A stretch of DNA of 64,000 nucleotides from Devosiaceae bacterium. GTDB lineage: Bacteria; Pseudomonadota; Alphaproteobacteria; Rhizobiales; Devosiaceae. Shown piece by piece: positions 9,945 through 21,093 of the stretch (position 1 is its first letter; every line of letters starts with the position of its first letter). The position numbers and the translations under genes were made by a program. The DNA is taken from assembly GCA_965284115.1 (NCBI GenBank), contig CBDIRF010000010.1, positions 71,171 to 135,170 of the forward strand, in the 5' to 3' direction. The notes under the pieces were generated by a model, which saw only the letters and a program-made list of their open reading frames with translations, did not search any database and had not been told where the DNA came from.

Positions 9945-12128
9945 TCAAGCCACCTGCGGCAGCGGTTCGGCGAAGCGGGCTTCGATAGCGTCTTCGGTGA
10001 GCGGCTGCGAGAACAGGTAGCCCTGGAAGGTGTTGCAGCCCATGCTGACCAGGGTGCGGAACTGCCCTTCGGTCTCGACGCCTTCGGCGGTGACCTCGAT
10101 GCCGAGCGCGTGGGCGAGGGTGACCATGGCCTGGACGATGGCGTCCGAGGCGCTCGCCGTCGACAGCTGGGCGACGAAGGAGCGGTCGATCTTGATGCGG
10201 TCGACCGGGTAGCGCTTCAGATAGCTGAGCGAGGAATAGCCGGTGCCGAAATCATCGAGCGCGATGCGGATGCCGGCGCGACGGAAGCTGTGGATGGTGC
10301 TGGCGGCCACCAACTCGTCATCGAGCAGGATGCCCTCGGTGATCTCGATCTCGAGATCGGCCGGGCGCATGCCGGTTTCGGCCAGCAGCGCGAAGACGCG
10401 CTCGGCGAAGGTCGGGTTGCGCAGCTGCGCCGGCGAGATGTTGACCGCGATGGTGCGGCCGGGCCAGCGGGCGCCGAACTCGGCGGCGCGGCGCAGGACG
10501 AACTCGCCCAACTGTTCGATCAGCCCGGTGCCTTCGGCGATGGCGATGAAGCGCGAGGGCGGGATGGTGCCGATCTTGGGGTGGGTCCAGCGCAGCAGGG
10601 CCTCGGCGCCGAGCACTTCCTCGGCATTGCCGCACAAAGGCTGGAACGCCACCCAGAGCTGGCCGGGGCTGCGCAGCGCCTCGCGCAGCTCGCCCTCGAT
10701 GACGTGGCGGTTCTGCACCTGCTCGTCCATCGCCTCCTCGTAGAAGGCGGCGCGGTTGCGGCCGGCGGATTTGGCTTCGTAGAGTGCGATATCCGCCTTG
10801 CGGCTCAGCTCATGGCTGTCGCGCTGGCCTGATGTGGCGACCACGATGCCGATGGAAACCCCGACAAAGGCGTCGCTGCCCTGCACCCGGAACGGCTTGG
10901 CGATCGTCTCGACAATGCGCTGCGCCAGCGCCGCCACCTCGATGGTGCCGGCGTAGCAGCTGTGGAGGATGGCGAACTCGTCGCCGCCGAGCCGCGCCAG
11001 GACGTCGGTGGGGCCTATCACGGCGCGCAGCCGGTCGGCGACGGCGCGGATCAGCTCGTCGCCGGCATGGTGGCCGAGCGTGTCGTTGACCTGCTTGAAG
11101 CGGTCGAGATCGAGCATCAGCAGGGCCGTGGGCGGATCGCGCAGCTTGATGGCGTCGAGCCGGCCGTTGAACTGCCGATCAAAGCTCAGCCGGTTGGGTA
11201 AGCCGGTGAGCGCATCCTCGGTGGCCTGCCGCTCGGCATCGATGCGCTTGAACTCCAGCGCCTTGAGGGCCCGCCGCAGCCGGAAGATCAGCAGCGAGAC
11301 CAGCAGTGAGACAAAGACGAAGGCGAGTAGCAGGGCCGGCGCGGTGCGTTGCAGCAGCTCCTGGCCCGGCCGGTAGGGCAGCCACTCGAAGAAGGCAACG
11401 ATGCGGCCGGAGCGATTGGTGACCGGGAACGCCTCGATGCCCGAGGCGGGGGAGGTGACGGTGGTAAAGCGGCCGACTTCGGTCATGTAGCGGTCGATCA
11501 TCCGCATCTCGAAATCGAGGTCGAGGCGGACGATGCTGACCAGCAGAGCCTCGCGGCCAGCCGGTTGCACCACATTGCCGGTGTCGGAAATCAACGGGAT
11601 GATGCTGGCCATGACGGGCCGGCCATCGAGCAGCACATAGTCGGAGACGCTGGGCGGCGTATCGAGATAGCCGGCCGAGGTGAGTTTCCGCAAGTCGGCA
11701 AGCAGCGGCGCCAGCGCGGCGCGCCGGGTGGCGAAGGCTTCCGGTTTGCGGGTCTTGCCATCGACCGATGCGTAGATCGGCGCATCGTCCGGGCCGAGCA
11801 CATAGCTCTCGTCATGGCCGAAATAAGCGAACATCCAGTCGCCGATATTGTAATCGAGCCAGGTCTGGTCGCGGTCGCGGGCGGCGGTTACCGCATCGTC
11901 CCAGAGAGCGACGCTTTCCTGTTCGCGCGGGGTGGAAACGCGCAGCGCCTGCACCGCGTGGATGACGCGCTGCGCCTGCCGGGTGACGGCGTTGTCGTCG
12001 ATCTGGCTCGCCGACCACAGCAGGAAGCCACCCAACAGCATTGCCGCCACGGCGAAGACCACGACGAACGCGGCCAGCACCAGCATCGAGAGTGTGCGTC
12101 GGATCTTGGCGCGGCGAGGGTTGAGCAT
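9945..12128 (-). CDS. Membrane CHASE4-GGDEF-EAL diguanylate cyclase/phosphodiesterase
   Basis: Two TM segments around a WDD-containing sensor, DALTGLPNR, GGDEF, EALLRW, ALDDFGTGYSSL, AEGVE. Confidence 0.92.
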   Translation of the reverse strand: MLNPRRAKIRRTLSMLVLAAFVVVFAVAAMLLGGFLLWSASQIDDNAVTRQAQRVIHAVQALRVSTPREQESVALWDDAVTAARDRDQTWLDYNIGDWMFAYFGHDESYVLGPDDAPIYASVDGKTRKPEAFATRRAALAPLLADLRKLTSAGYLDTPPSVSDYVLLDGRPVMASIIPLISDTGNVVQPAGREALLVSIVRLDLDFEMRMIDRYMTEVGRFTTVTSPASGIEAFPVTNRSGRIVAFFEWLPYRPGQELLQRTAPALLLAFVFVSLLVSLLIFRLRRALKALEFKRIDAERQATEDALTGLPNRLSFDRQFNGRLDAIKLRDPPTALLMLDLDRFKQVNDTLGHHAGDELIRAVADRLRAVIGPTDVLARLGGDEFAILHSCYAGTIEVAALAQRIVETIAKPFRVQGSDAFVGVSIGIVVATSGQRDSHELSRKADIALYEAKSAGRNRAAFYEEAMDEQVQNRHVIEGELREALRSPGQLWVAFQPLCGNAEEVLGAEALLRWTHPKIGTIPPSRFIAIAEGTGLIEQLGEFVLRRAAEFGARWPGRTIAVNISPAQLRNPTFAERVFALLAETGMRPADLEIEITEGILLDDELVAASTIHSFRRAGIRIALDDFGTGYSSLSYLKRYPVDRIKIDRSFVAQLSTASASDAIVQAMVTLAHALGIEVTAEGVETEGQFRTLVSMGCNTFQGYLFSQPLTEDAIEARFAEPLPQVA

Positions 12129-12232
12129 CGGGACTTGCGTGACAGGAATTATGTCACTGTGCCCGGCAAGCTTTTCGAACTCGTTACAGTTTCAAGGGTG
12201 CGACGAGATTTGATCGGTGGTGCGATCCTCGC

Positions 12233-13554
12233 TCAGGCATTGTCCTTGAACAGTACCTCACGGTCCTGAGTAAAGTTGGCGAGCAGCGGCAGCGAGGCGC
12301 CGCCCATGGCGCGCGCGGCATTGCCGATGCTGCCGGCCAGCAACCGGAACGGCGACAGCCCTTGCCGGTTGATGCGGCTCACCTCGGCCTCGGTGCGCGC
12401 GATGATGCTGCTGCGCACGTGGGTGGGGAAGGCGCCGTCGATCAGCACGGTTTCGACGTCGATCACCGCGATGGCGGCGATGATCGAGTAGGCGAGGCTC
12501 TCGGCCACCTCGTCGATCCACTTGTCGAGCGCTTCGCCCAGCTCATCGCCCCAGTCGTCGGGCGATTGCCAGAGGATTTCGGGATTGCGGCCGATGGCCA
12601 GAAGCTCGCGCTCCAGCACATAGATCGAAGCGACGTTCATCAGCTGCGGGGTGCGGCCGGGTGGCACGACGTGGCCGGGGTCGGGGCCGGCATCGAGCCG
12701 AGCGCCGCCGCATTCTGGGTGCGGCCGGGGAACAGGTGGCCGTTCAGCACCAGGCCGCCGCCGATGAACGAACCGATGAAGACATAGAGATAGTCGATAT
12801 GGTCGGCGCCGGTGCCGAACATCAGCTCGGCGGCGCAGGCGGCGGTGATGTCGTTGGCGAAATATACCGGCCAGGGGCAGATTTCGGCCATCATGGCGCG
12901 CATATCGACCTGCCGCCAGGCATCGATCTCGGCCTTGGGCGCGCCGATCTCCTCGTGCCAGGTCCACATCTCGTAGGGCGCGGCAATGCCGAGACCGGCG
13001 ATGCGGGCGGTCAGTGCCGCCGGCATGCCCTGAAGCAGGTCGTCGATGCCGGCCCGGGCGAACTCGCGGATGCCGTCCGGAGTGGGGTAGGGGTAGGTCT
13101 TGTGCAGGAGTTTCAGGATCTCGCCGGTGAAGTTGATCAGGTAGAGATCGACGCTGCGCCGGCCGATCTTCAGCCCGAAACTCAGCGCCCCCTCGGGGTG
13201 CAGCGAATAGGGCACCAGCGGCTGGCCCACCTTGCCGCGCAACGGCTTGCCGCGCAGCAGCAGCCCATCGGCCTCGAGCGCATTGGTGATGATCGAAATG
13301 GTCTGCGGCGACAGCCCGGTCATGCGGGCGATATCGGCCTTGGGCAGCTCGCCGTGGCGGCGGATCAGGCTCAGCACCAGCCGTTCATTGTAGAGGCGCA
13401 CGCCGGTCTGGTTGGTGCCGCGGCTGGCGGCTCCAGGCTTCCGGCTGGTGTCGCGACCGGCCTCTCTGCTTGTCGGCCCGGTGACCACTCGTCCCGACCT
13501 CACGGCTGCATTTGTTGACACTTCGTCGTTCTCCGTCGCGGCCACAAAAGCCAC
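12233..13554 (-). CDS. frcR: ROK-family transcriptional regulator (FrcR-like); single frameshift near 12677
   Basis: N-terminal HTH (NERLVLSLIRRHG...ADIARMTGLSPQT) and ROK motif IGSFIGGGLVLNG in ORF 12640-13554; C-terminus continues in ORF 12233-12967; divergent from frcB; true start uncertain. Confidence 0.75.
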
Positions 13555-13631
13555 GGCGGAGTCAAAACAGCAATCGATTACATGGGGTTCTTACCCCCTC
13601 CCGAACGAAAGGATTATCCCTCGTGGGTCGG

Positions 13632-13670
13632 CTGTCAATTAATAAATCAAGTGGATTAATTTATTGACAG
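13632..13670. promoter_or_regulatory. Palindromic operator containing two divergent TTGACA -35 boxes (probable FrcR site)
   Basis: ctgtcaattaataaatc-aagtg-gattaatttattgacag; 15/17 arm symmetry, AT-rich in a GC-rich context. Confidence 0.75.
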
Positions 13671-13809
13671 GCCGCGAGGGTTGCGCTGAATATCGCTTCC
13701 GGATCGGGGAGGGCAGCCCGCTGCAGGCGGCGCCGCACCCCCGAGATCCAACGGTCCTGAGGAGCGGCGGAACGCCGGTGGACCGGATCATAACCAGTGG
13801 GAGGACTAC

Positions 13810-14829
13810 ATGGGACTTAGCTATCTGAAGATGGCGCTGGCCAGCGCCATCGTCGCCGGCGGCCTGATTGGTGGCGTCGCGCTGGCGCAGGAGATCACCG
13901 TCGGCCTGATCACCAAAACCGAGACCAACCCGTTCTTCGTCAAGATGCGCGAAGGCGCCGAGGCCAAGGCCAAGGAACTTGGGCTCAAGCTGATCACCGC
14001 CGCCGGCAAGTTCGACGGCGACAATGATGGGCAGGTGGCGGCGATCGAGAACCTGATCTCGGCTGGCGCCAAGGGCTTTGCGATCGTGCCGTCGGATTCA
14101 AAGGCGATCGTGCCGACCATCCAGAAGGCCAAGGATGCCGGCCTGATGGTGATCGTGCTCGATACCCCGCTCGACCCGATGGATGCGGCGACCGCCACCT
14201 TTGCCACCGACAACCGCAAGGCGGGTGACCTGATCGGCAAATGGGCCGCCGGCACGCTGGGCGACAAGGCCAAGGACGCCTCGATCGTCTTCCTCGACCT
14301 CGCCACCAACCAGCCGACCGTCGACTATCTGCGCGACCAGGGTTTCATGGCCGGCTTCGGCATCGACGTGAAGGACCCCAACAAGTACGGCGACGAAGAC
14401 GACAAGCGCATCTGCACGCACGAAATCAGCCAGGGCGACCAGGAAAAGGGCCGCACGGCGATGGAGAACGCGCTGCAGAAATGCCCGAACGTCAACGTGG
14501 TCTACACCATCAACGAACCGGCAGCGGCCGGCGCCTGGGAAGCGCTGAAGGCGGTGGGCAAGGATGATGGCTCGGTGCTGATCGTCTCGGTCGATGGCGG
14601 CTGCCCGGGCGTTGCCAACGTCAAGGCCGGCGTGATCGGCGCCACCAGCCAGCAATATCCGCTGAAGATGGCCTCGATGGCGCTCGAAGCGATCGCCACG
14701 GGCAAGCTCCCCGACATCGACCCGAAGGTCGGCTTCTTCGATACCGGCGCGACGCTGGTCACCGACAAGCCGGTCGCCGGCGTCGACTCGATCGACACCG
14801 CCAAGGGCGCCGAGCTCTGCTGGGGTTGA
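13810..14829 (+). CDS. frcB: Fructose-type sugar ABC substrate-binding protein
   Basis: Signal peptide, [37 protein letters not shown]; RBS ggagga. Confidence 0.88.
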   Translation: MGLSYLKMALASAIVAGGLIGGVALAQEITVGLITKTETNPFFVKMREGAEAKAKELGLKLITAAGKFDGDNDGQVAAIENLISAGAKGFAIVPSDSKAIVPTIQKAKDAGLMVIVLDTPLDPMDAATATFATDNRKAGDLIGKWAAGTLGDKAKDASIVFLDLATNQPTVDYLRDQGFMAGFGIDVKDPNKYGDEDDKRICTHEISQGDQEKGRTAMENALQKCPNVNVVYTINEPAAAGAWEALKAVGKDDGSVLIVSVDGGCPGVANVKAGVIGATSQQYPLKMASMALEAIATGKLPDIDPKVGFFDTGATLVTDKPVAGVDSIDTAKGAELCWG

Positions 14830-14852
14830 TGAACTGCGCTCTCGGCTGCCTC

Positions 14853-15043
14853 TCCTCTCCCTTCAGGGGAGAGGTAGCGGAGCTTGCGAGCACAGCGAGT
14901 TAGCAAAGCTGGGTGAGGGGTGCGGTTTCTCGGCATGCCGGAAGAGCCAGCATAACGCGACGCTTCACCCCTCAACCGGCAGCGGCGACGGGCTTCGCCG
15001 TCGTCCGCGACCGGGCCACCTTCTCCCCTGAGGGGAGAAGGGA
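14853..15043. repeat. Palindromic repeat (ctctcccc..caggggagagg type)
   Basis: Two ctctcccc/ggggagag hairpins; inverted relative of 19227-19380. Confidence 0.8.
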
Positions 15044-15073
15044 CGTGGCCTCCACACTTTCGGGGTGCAAATA

Positions 15074-16189
15074 ATGAGTGACGACGCCGCCGGCTCGACG
15101 GCCGCTGAAACAGGCCTGAAGGGCGCCACCTCGGAGGTGGCGAGCTTCGAGGAAGACCGCAAGGGGATTGTCCGCACCATCCAGGGCATCCTGCACGAGT
15201 ATCCGACGCTCATCCCGCTGATCGTACTCGTCGTCGGCACCATCATTTTCGCCATCGCCGCGCCCGGCAAATTCCTGTCGCCGCTGAACCTCTCGGTGGT
15301 GCTGCAGCAGGTGACGATCGTTGCCATCCTCGGCATGGCGCAGACCCTGGTGATCCTCACCGCCGGCATCGATTTGAGCGTCGGGCTGATCATGATCCTC
15401 TGCTCGGTGGTGATGGGGCGGACCGCGGTTGCCTACGGCGTGCCGGTGTGGATCGCCTTTCCGCTCGGGCTGCTGGCCGGCCTCGCCTGCGGCTTTCTCA
15501 ACGGGCTGCTGGTCACGGCGCTGCGGCTGCCGCCGTTCATCGTGACGCTGGGCACCTGGAGCATTTTCGGGGCGCTCAACACCTTCTATTCGAACAGCGA
15601 GACCATCCGCTCGCAGGACATGGAGGCGGCGGCGCCGTTCCTCCTGTGGCTCGGCAAGCTGTTCAAACTCTACGATATCGGGCTGTTCTTCGGGCTCGAC
15701 CTGCCCTGGCTGCGCGGCTGGGTGGTGACCTATGGTTCGATCCTGATGATCGTCGTCGCCATCATTCTCAGCTACATCCTGGGGCGCACCGCCTTTGGCC
15801 GGCATGTCTATGCCACCGGCGACGACCCCGACGCGGCGCGGCTTTCGGGCATCAACACCAACCGGGTGCTGCTCGCCGTCTACGCGCTGGCGGGGCTGAT
15901 CTGCGCCATTGCCGCCTGGGTGCTGATCGGCCGCATCGGCGGGGTCAGCCCGCAGGCCGGCCAGACCGCCAACCTCGACTCGATCACCGCGGTGGTGATC
16001 GGCGGCACCAGCCTCTTCGGTGGGCGCGGCTCGATCATCGGCACGCTGTTCGGCGCCTTGATCGTGGGCGTGTTCCGCAATGGTCTGGCGCTCTCCGGCC
16101 TTGCCCTGCTGTGGCAGGACTTTGCGGTTGGCGTCCTGATCATCGTCGCGGTCACCATCGACCAGTGGATCAGGAAGATTTCGGCATGA
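15074..16189 (+). CDS. frcC: Sugar ABC permease
   Basis: QTLVILTAGIDLSVG, PPFIVTLGT, AVVIGGTSLFGGRG. Confidence 0.88.
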   Translation: MSDDAAGSTAAETGLKGATSEVASFEEDRKGIVRTIQGILHEYPTLIPLIVLVVGTIIFAIAAPGKFLSPLNLSVVLQQVTIVAILGMAQTLVILTAGIDLSVGLIMILCSVVMGRTAVAYGVPVWIAFPLGLLAGLACGFLNGLLVTALRLPPFIVTLGTWSIFGALNTFYSNSETIRSQDMEAAAPFLLWLGKLFKLYDIGLFFGLDLPWLRGWVVTYGSILMIVVAIILSYILGRTAFGRHVYATGDDPDAARLSGINTNRVLLAVYALAGLICAIAAWVLIGRIGGVSPQAGQTANLDSITAVVIGGTSLFGGRGSIIGTLFGALIVGVFRNGLALSGLALLWQDFAVGVLIIVAVTIDQWIRKISA

Positions 16190-17046
16190 GCGAGGTGGCC
16201 AGCATGAACATGCCGTCCGGGAACGCCGGCGACATCGTGCTCGAGGGCAGGGGACTCAACAAGCGCTACGGTCGCGTTGTGGCGCTCGACAACGCCGATT
16301 TCGACCTCAGGCGGAACGAGATTCTGGCGGTGATCGGCGATAACGGCGCCGGCAAATCGACGCTGATCAAGGCGCTGTGCGGGGCGGTGATCCCCGACAG
16401 CGGCGAGATTTTGCTCGATGACCAGCCGGTGCATTTCAGATCGCCGATGGATGCGCGCAATGCCGGCATCGAAACGGTGTACCAAAACCTGGCGCTGAGC
16501 CCGGCGCTGTCGATTGCCGACAATATGTTCCTCGGCCGCGAGCTGAGGAAACCCGGCTGGACCGGATCACTGTTCCGCCGGCTCGACCGGACGAAGATGG
16601 CGAAGGTCGCCCGCGACAAGCTGAGCGAGTTGGGCCTCCTCACCATCCAGAACATCAACCAGTCGGTCGAAACCCTCTCCGGTGGTCAGCGCCAGGGCGT
16701 GGCGGTGGCGCGGGCCGCGGCGTTCGGGTCGCGCGTCGTCATCATGGATGAGCCGACGGCGGCGCTCGGGGTCAAGGAGAGCCGGCGCGTGCTGGAGCTG
16801 ATGCTCGATGTCAAAAAGCGCGGCTTGCCGATCGTCCTCATCTCGCACAACATGCCGCACGTGTTCGAGGTCGCTGACCGCATCCATATCCACCGGCTCG
16901 GCAAGCGCATCGCGATCATCAATCCCAAGGAATTTTCGATGTCGGACGCAGTGGCGATCATGACCGGGGCGATGAAGCCCCCGGCCGCAGGCGCCACCGG
17001 GCCGACGCAACATTACGAAGTCGGCGAGGCCCCTCAGTTACAATGA
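16186..17046 (+). CDS. frcA: Sugar ABC ATP-binding protein
   Basis: [25 protein letters not shown]; ATGA overlap with the permease. Confidence 0.88.
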   Translation: MSEVASMNMPSGNAGDIVLEGRGLNKRYGRVVALDNADFDLRRNEILAVIGDNGAGKSTLIKALCGAVIPDSGEILLDDQPVHFRSPMDARNAGIETVYQNLALSPALSIADNMFLGRELRKPGWTGSLFRRLDRTKMAKVARDKLSELGLLTIQNINQSVETLSGGQRQGVAVARAAAFGSRVVIMDEPTAALGVKESRRVLELMLDVKKRGLPIVLISHNMPHVFEVADRIHIHRLGKRIAIINPKEFSMSDAVAIMTGAMKPPAAGATGPTQHYEVGEAPQLQ

Positions 17047-18090
17047 CCAAAATGCGCGCCCTCGTGCTGGAAAAGCAGCACGAACTGAAACTCCGCGACA
17101 TCGAGCTGCCGACCGAGCCCGGTCCGGGCGAGGTGAAGATCAAGCTCCACACCGTGGGCGTCTGCGGCTCCGATGTCCACTACTACACCCATGGCCGGAT
17201 CGGGCCCTTCGTGGTCAATGCACCGATGGTGCTGGGGCACGAAGCGGCCGGCACCGTGGTCGAAGTCGGGGCAGGGGTTACCAGCCTCAAGGTCGGCGAC
17301 CGGGTCTGCATGGAGCCGGGCGTGCCCGACCCGAACAGCAAGGCGTCGCGGCTCGGCATGTACAATATCGATCCGGCGGTGACCTTCTGGGCGACGCCGC
17401 CGATTCATGGCGTGCTCACCCCCTACGTGGTGCACCCCGCCAACTACACCTTCAAGCTGCCTGACAATGTGAGCTTTGCCGAAGGCGCCATGGTCGAGCC
17501 GTTTGCCGTCGGCATGCAGGCGGCGACCAAGGCGAAGATCACCCCGGGCGATACCGCCATCGTCATGGGCGCCGGTCCGATCGGCACCATGGTCTCCCTG
17601 GCGGCGCTGGCCGGCGGCTGCTCGCGGGTGATCATCACTGACCTGGCGCAACCCAAGCTCGATATTGCCGGGCAGTACCAGGGCATTATCCCGGTCAATA
17701 TCAAGGACAAGAACCTCGCCGACGAGGTCAACCGGCTGACCGAGAACTGGGGCGCCGACGTGGTGTTCGAGTGCTCCGGCAGCCCGCGGGCCTGGACCGG
17801 CATCGTCGACGTGGTCCGCCCGGGCGGCACCATCGTGGTGGTCGGGCTGCCGGTCGAACCGGTGAATTTCGACATCGCTTCGCTGTCGGTGAAGGAAATC
17901 ACCATCGCCTCGGTGTTCCGTTACGCCCACCAGTATGACCGGGCCATCGCGCTGATGGCCTCGGGCCGGGTGGACCTGAAGCCGCTGATCTCCGAGACGT
18001 TCAGCTTCGAGGAACTCGATCAAGGCGTTCGACCGCGCGGTGGAAGGGCGGCCGACGGATGTGAAGCTGCAGATTTTGATGGAGGCCTGA
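17043..18090 (+). CDS. Zn-dependent xylitol/sorbitol-type dehydrogenase; one extra base near 18014
   Basis: [27 protein letters not shown]; the expected C-terminus [24 protein letters not shown] lies in the shifted frame ending at 18090. Confidence 0.85.
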
Positions 18091-18486
18091 CTGGCGAGTG
18101 ATGAGCCAGAGCGCTTCACGGCACCGGCCATTCGTCGGCACCTGCGAAAGCAATTTCCGGGATGCCCGCCAGAAGACGTGGCGGAAATTGTGAAATGGAT
18201 GCAGAGGCTTGACGCGCGCCGTATGCACATCGAGCTCACCCTTGGTGGTATTGTTTCCGCACACATTCGGCATCAAAGAACGGACTACGACCGCCTAATG
18301 GACAAGCACGGCTTGTCGAAGGCCGAAGCGCTTCTGGTAGTTCAAGACGAGATTGATGAAATCCAGTTCGGCTGGGTCGTGCCGGCCACGAAACGCGAAA
18401 GCTGTAGAGGGAACACATGGACCTCGGTCTCAAATCCAAACTTGCCGTCATCACCGGCGGCAGCGTCGGTATCGGGCTCGCCGTAG
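18091..18486 (+). CDS. DUF2293-like small protein
   Basis: LRKQFPGCP...[19 protein letters not shown]...V..EI....W motif; frame open from CTG 18091; both ends uncertain and the 3' end overlaps the SDR. Confidence 0.65.
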   Translation: MASDEPERFTAPAIRRHLRKQFPGCPPEDVAEIVKWMQRLDARRMHIELTLGGIVSAHIRHQRTDYDRLMDKHGLSKAEALLVVQDEIDEIQFGWVVPATKRESCRGNTWTSVSNPNLPSSPAAASVSGSP

Positions 18487-19199
18487 CCGAGGGTTTTGCG
18501 GCCGAGGGCGCGAACGTATTGATCACGGCGCGTGGCTCGGAACGGCTGCATGCCGAGGCGTCGCGCATCGGGGCGAAGTACCGGGTCGAAGCGCACGGGG
18601 TGGCGGCGGATGTCGCCACTGCCGAGGGCTGCGCCAAGGTGGTCGCCGCGGCGGCGCAACTGGGCGGGGCCGATATCCTCGTCAACAATGCCGGCACTGG
18701 CTCGAACGAGACCATTGCCGAGGCCGACGACGCCAAGTGGCAATATTACTGGGACCTGCACGTGATGGCCGCGGTTCGGCTGGGGCGCGGACTGGTGCCG
18801 CATATGAAGGCGCATGGCGGCGGCGCCATCCTCCATAACGCCTCGATCTGCGCGGTGCAGCCCCTGTGGTACGAGCCGATCTACAACACCACAAAAGCGG
18901 CATTGATGATGTTCAGTAAGACCCTCGCGAACGAGGTGGTGGGCGACAATATCCGCGTTAACACGGTGAACCCCGGCCTGGTGCGAACGCCCGATTGGGT
19001 GAAAACGGCCAAACAACTGGCCGGCGAGGATGGGTTCGAAGCGCATCTGCAAAGCGTTGCCGATGAGGCCGGCGGCATGAAGCGCTTCGCGACGCCCGAG
19101 GAGATGGCGAACTTCTTCGTGTTCATTTGCTCGGAGAAGGCGAGCTACTCGACGGGATCGACGTATTTCGTCGATGGCGGGTGGTTGAAGACGGTTTGA
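18417..19199 (+). CDS. SDR family oxidoreductase
   Basis: [21 protein letters not shown]. Confidence 0.92.
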   Translation: MDLGLKSKLAVITGGSVGIGLAVAEGFAAEGANVLITARGSERLHAEASRIGAKYRVEAHGVAADVATAEGCAKVVAAAAQLGGADILVNNAGTGSNETIAEADDAKWQYYWDLHVMAAVRLGRGLVPHMKAHGGGAILHNASICAVQPLWYEPIYNTTKAALMMFSKTLANEVVGDNIRVNTVNPGLVRTPDWVKTAKQLAGEDGFEAHLQSVADEAGGMKRFATPEEMANFFVFICSEKASYSTGSTYFVDGGWLKTV

Positions 19200-19226
19200 G
19201 CGTTTGCTCCGAAGCGGGCTGCTCTT

Positions 19227-19380
19227 TCCCTTCTCCCCTCAGGGGAGAAGGTGGCGCGAAGCGCCGGTTGAGGGGTGAAGCGGTGCAATACGCGCTCGCT
19301 GAGAAGCTGAACCCCTCACCCTAGTTTCGCTACGGACCTCGCGGCCCTAGCTGCACTACCCTCTCCCCTCAGGGGAGAGG
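19227..19380. repeat. Palindromic repeat, inverted sister of 14853-15043
   Basis: tcccttctcccctcaggggagaaggtggc...ccggttgaggggtgaagcg matches the reverse complement of 14960-15043. Confidence 0.8.
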
Positions 19381-19548
19381 CGCGCCGACTGCGAGCTTAA
19401 CAGCAAAGAGCCAATAGTTTTCGCGGTGCCGGTCGATCACGCCCAGCGCGATGATCGCCGACACCGCGAGTCCGACCGGGAGCGCAGGCAGCATCGCGCC
19501 CTCGGTCAGTCCGGATGCCGCCAGAGGAAAGCCCGGCGGCAGAACTTG

Positions 19549-20991
19549 TTATTCCGCCGGCTGCGCCACTGCGGGCAGGCGCGCTTCGGTGCGGGCGATG
19601 CTGAAGCCGATCGGCACCACCAGGACCGCGACGATGATGAACAGGCCATAGAGCCAGTTGGCGGCGGCGACCGGGGTCGGGTTCGCTGCCGCGAGGCCGG
19701 CGAGGTTGACGATAAGGCCGCCGAGCGCTGCGCCCAGGCCCGAGGCGAAAAGCTGGATGGTGCTCAGCGCCGCCGACGTCACATCATGCTCGCCATCCGG
19801 CGCTGCCTGCATCACCCGCGGGGTCAGCTGGGTCCAGGCGGTGCCGATGCCGACGCCCATGATCAGGAGCGACAGGCCGATCGGCACGATGAAGCCGAGG
19901 CTCGAGGTCGGGTTCTGGTGGCCCACGAACAGCGCCAAACCGATCGCCGAGATCAGCACCAGCACCGGGCCGCCGGCGATGATCAGGCGGGCGCGGCCAT
20001 CGGTCCAGCCGGCGGTGAGCATCGAGCTGGCGCTCCAGCCGACGGCGACCAGCGCCACCATGTAGCCGGCGGTGAGCGGGCCGAGACCGTGCAGGGTCTG
20101 CATGAACAGCGGAATGAAGATGTCGCTGGTGATCGCCATCTGCAGCAGCACCATGGTGCCGAACAGCGAGGCGAGGAGCGTGCCGAAGCGGAAGGTGCCG
20201 GTGGGGAACAGCTTTTGCCGGGCGTTCCGCTCGATCAGCCCGAACACCAGCAGCGCGAGGATAGCGAGGGCGGTGAGGCCGCCGGCGACGACGATATCGT
20301 GCGACAGGGCGCCGGCGGTCGATAGCGCCAGCACGGCGACGATCATCAGGCCGATCTGGCGGATCGGCAGGCTGGTCATGCCGGCTTCGCTGCTCTTTGC
20401 CGGCACCACCTTGACGGCGAGGAGGCCAACGAGGCCCGCGAAGGGCACCAGGATGAAGAAAGCCCAGCGCCAGATGCCGAGTTCGGCGAAGACGCCGCCG
20501 ATCGAGGGGCCAACCAGCGTCGCGATACCCCAGATGCCCGAGGCGAGCGCGAAGGCGCGGGCCCACAGGTGCTCGGGGAACACCAGCCGCACCATCATGA
20601 AGGTGAGCGCGGCGAGCAGGCCGCCGCCAAAGCCCTGCAGTGCCCGGCCGAGCAGCAGGATCGGCATTGACGGGGCGAGGCCGCAGATCAGGCTGCCGAC
20701 GGCGAACATGGTGGCGGCGATCAGATAATTCTGCCGCGGGCCGAGCCCGAAGGGGCGCACCGCCGCAAAGATCGAAGCGACGATCGAGGCGACGATGAAC
20801 ACCGTCGTCACCCAGGCGAACAGGTCGAGCCCGCCAATCTCGGCCACCACCGAGGGCATCAGGGTCGAGCCGATATAGACCTCGATGGCGTTCATGCCGA
20901 CGCCGCCGGCGAACACCACCACGGGCAGGGCATTGCCGCCGCTGAAAATCTCGCCCCAACCGCTCTTCGTCGCCGCCATCTCGTCCACCAT
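19549..20991 (-). CDS. MFS efflux transporter (DHA2-like)
   Basis: About 14 hydrophobic segments, LLGRALQGFGGG, GPSIGG; divergent from soxR. Confidence 0.88.
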   Translation of the reverse strand: MVDEMAATKSGWGEIFSGGNALPVVVFAGGVGMNAIEVYIGSTLMPSVVAEIGGLDLFAWVTTVFIVASIVASIFAAVRPFGLGPRQNYLIAATMFAVGSLICGLAPSMPILLLGRALQGFGGGLLAALTFMMVRLVFPEHLWARAFALASGIWGIATLVGPSIGGVFAELGIWRWAFFILVPFAGLVGLLAVKVVPAKSSEAGMTSLPIRQIGLMIVAVLALSTAGALSHDIVVAGGLTALAILALLVFGLIERNARQKLFPTGTFRFGTLLASLFGTMVLLQMAITSDIFIPLFMQTLHGLGPLTAGYMVALVAVGWSASSMLTAGWTDGRARLIIAGGPVLVLISAIGLALFVGHQNPTSSLGFIVPIGLSLLIMGVGIGTAWTQLTPRVMQAAPDGEHDVTSAALSTIQLFASGLGAALGGLIVNLAGLAAANPTPVAAANWLYGLFIIVAVLVVPIGFSIARTEARLPAVAQPAE

Positions 20992-21004
20992 TCAGCTTTT
21001 CGCG

Positions 21005-21058
21005 TTTGTCGCGCCTTCGAACCGGGAAAAGTCTCACAACTTTTCCTGGAGACGCTCC
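21005..21058. repeat. Short Rhizobiales-type repeat (ggaaaagt..caacttttcc core), copy 1
   Basis: Aligns over about 53 bp with 23474-23526. Confidence 0.7.
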
Positions 21059-21093
21059 GACCCTGCGAGCCCTCTGGCCGCATCGGGACGACA

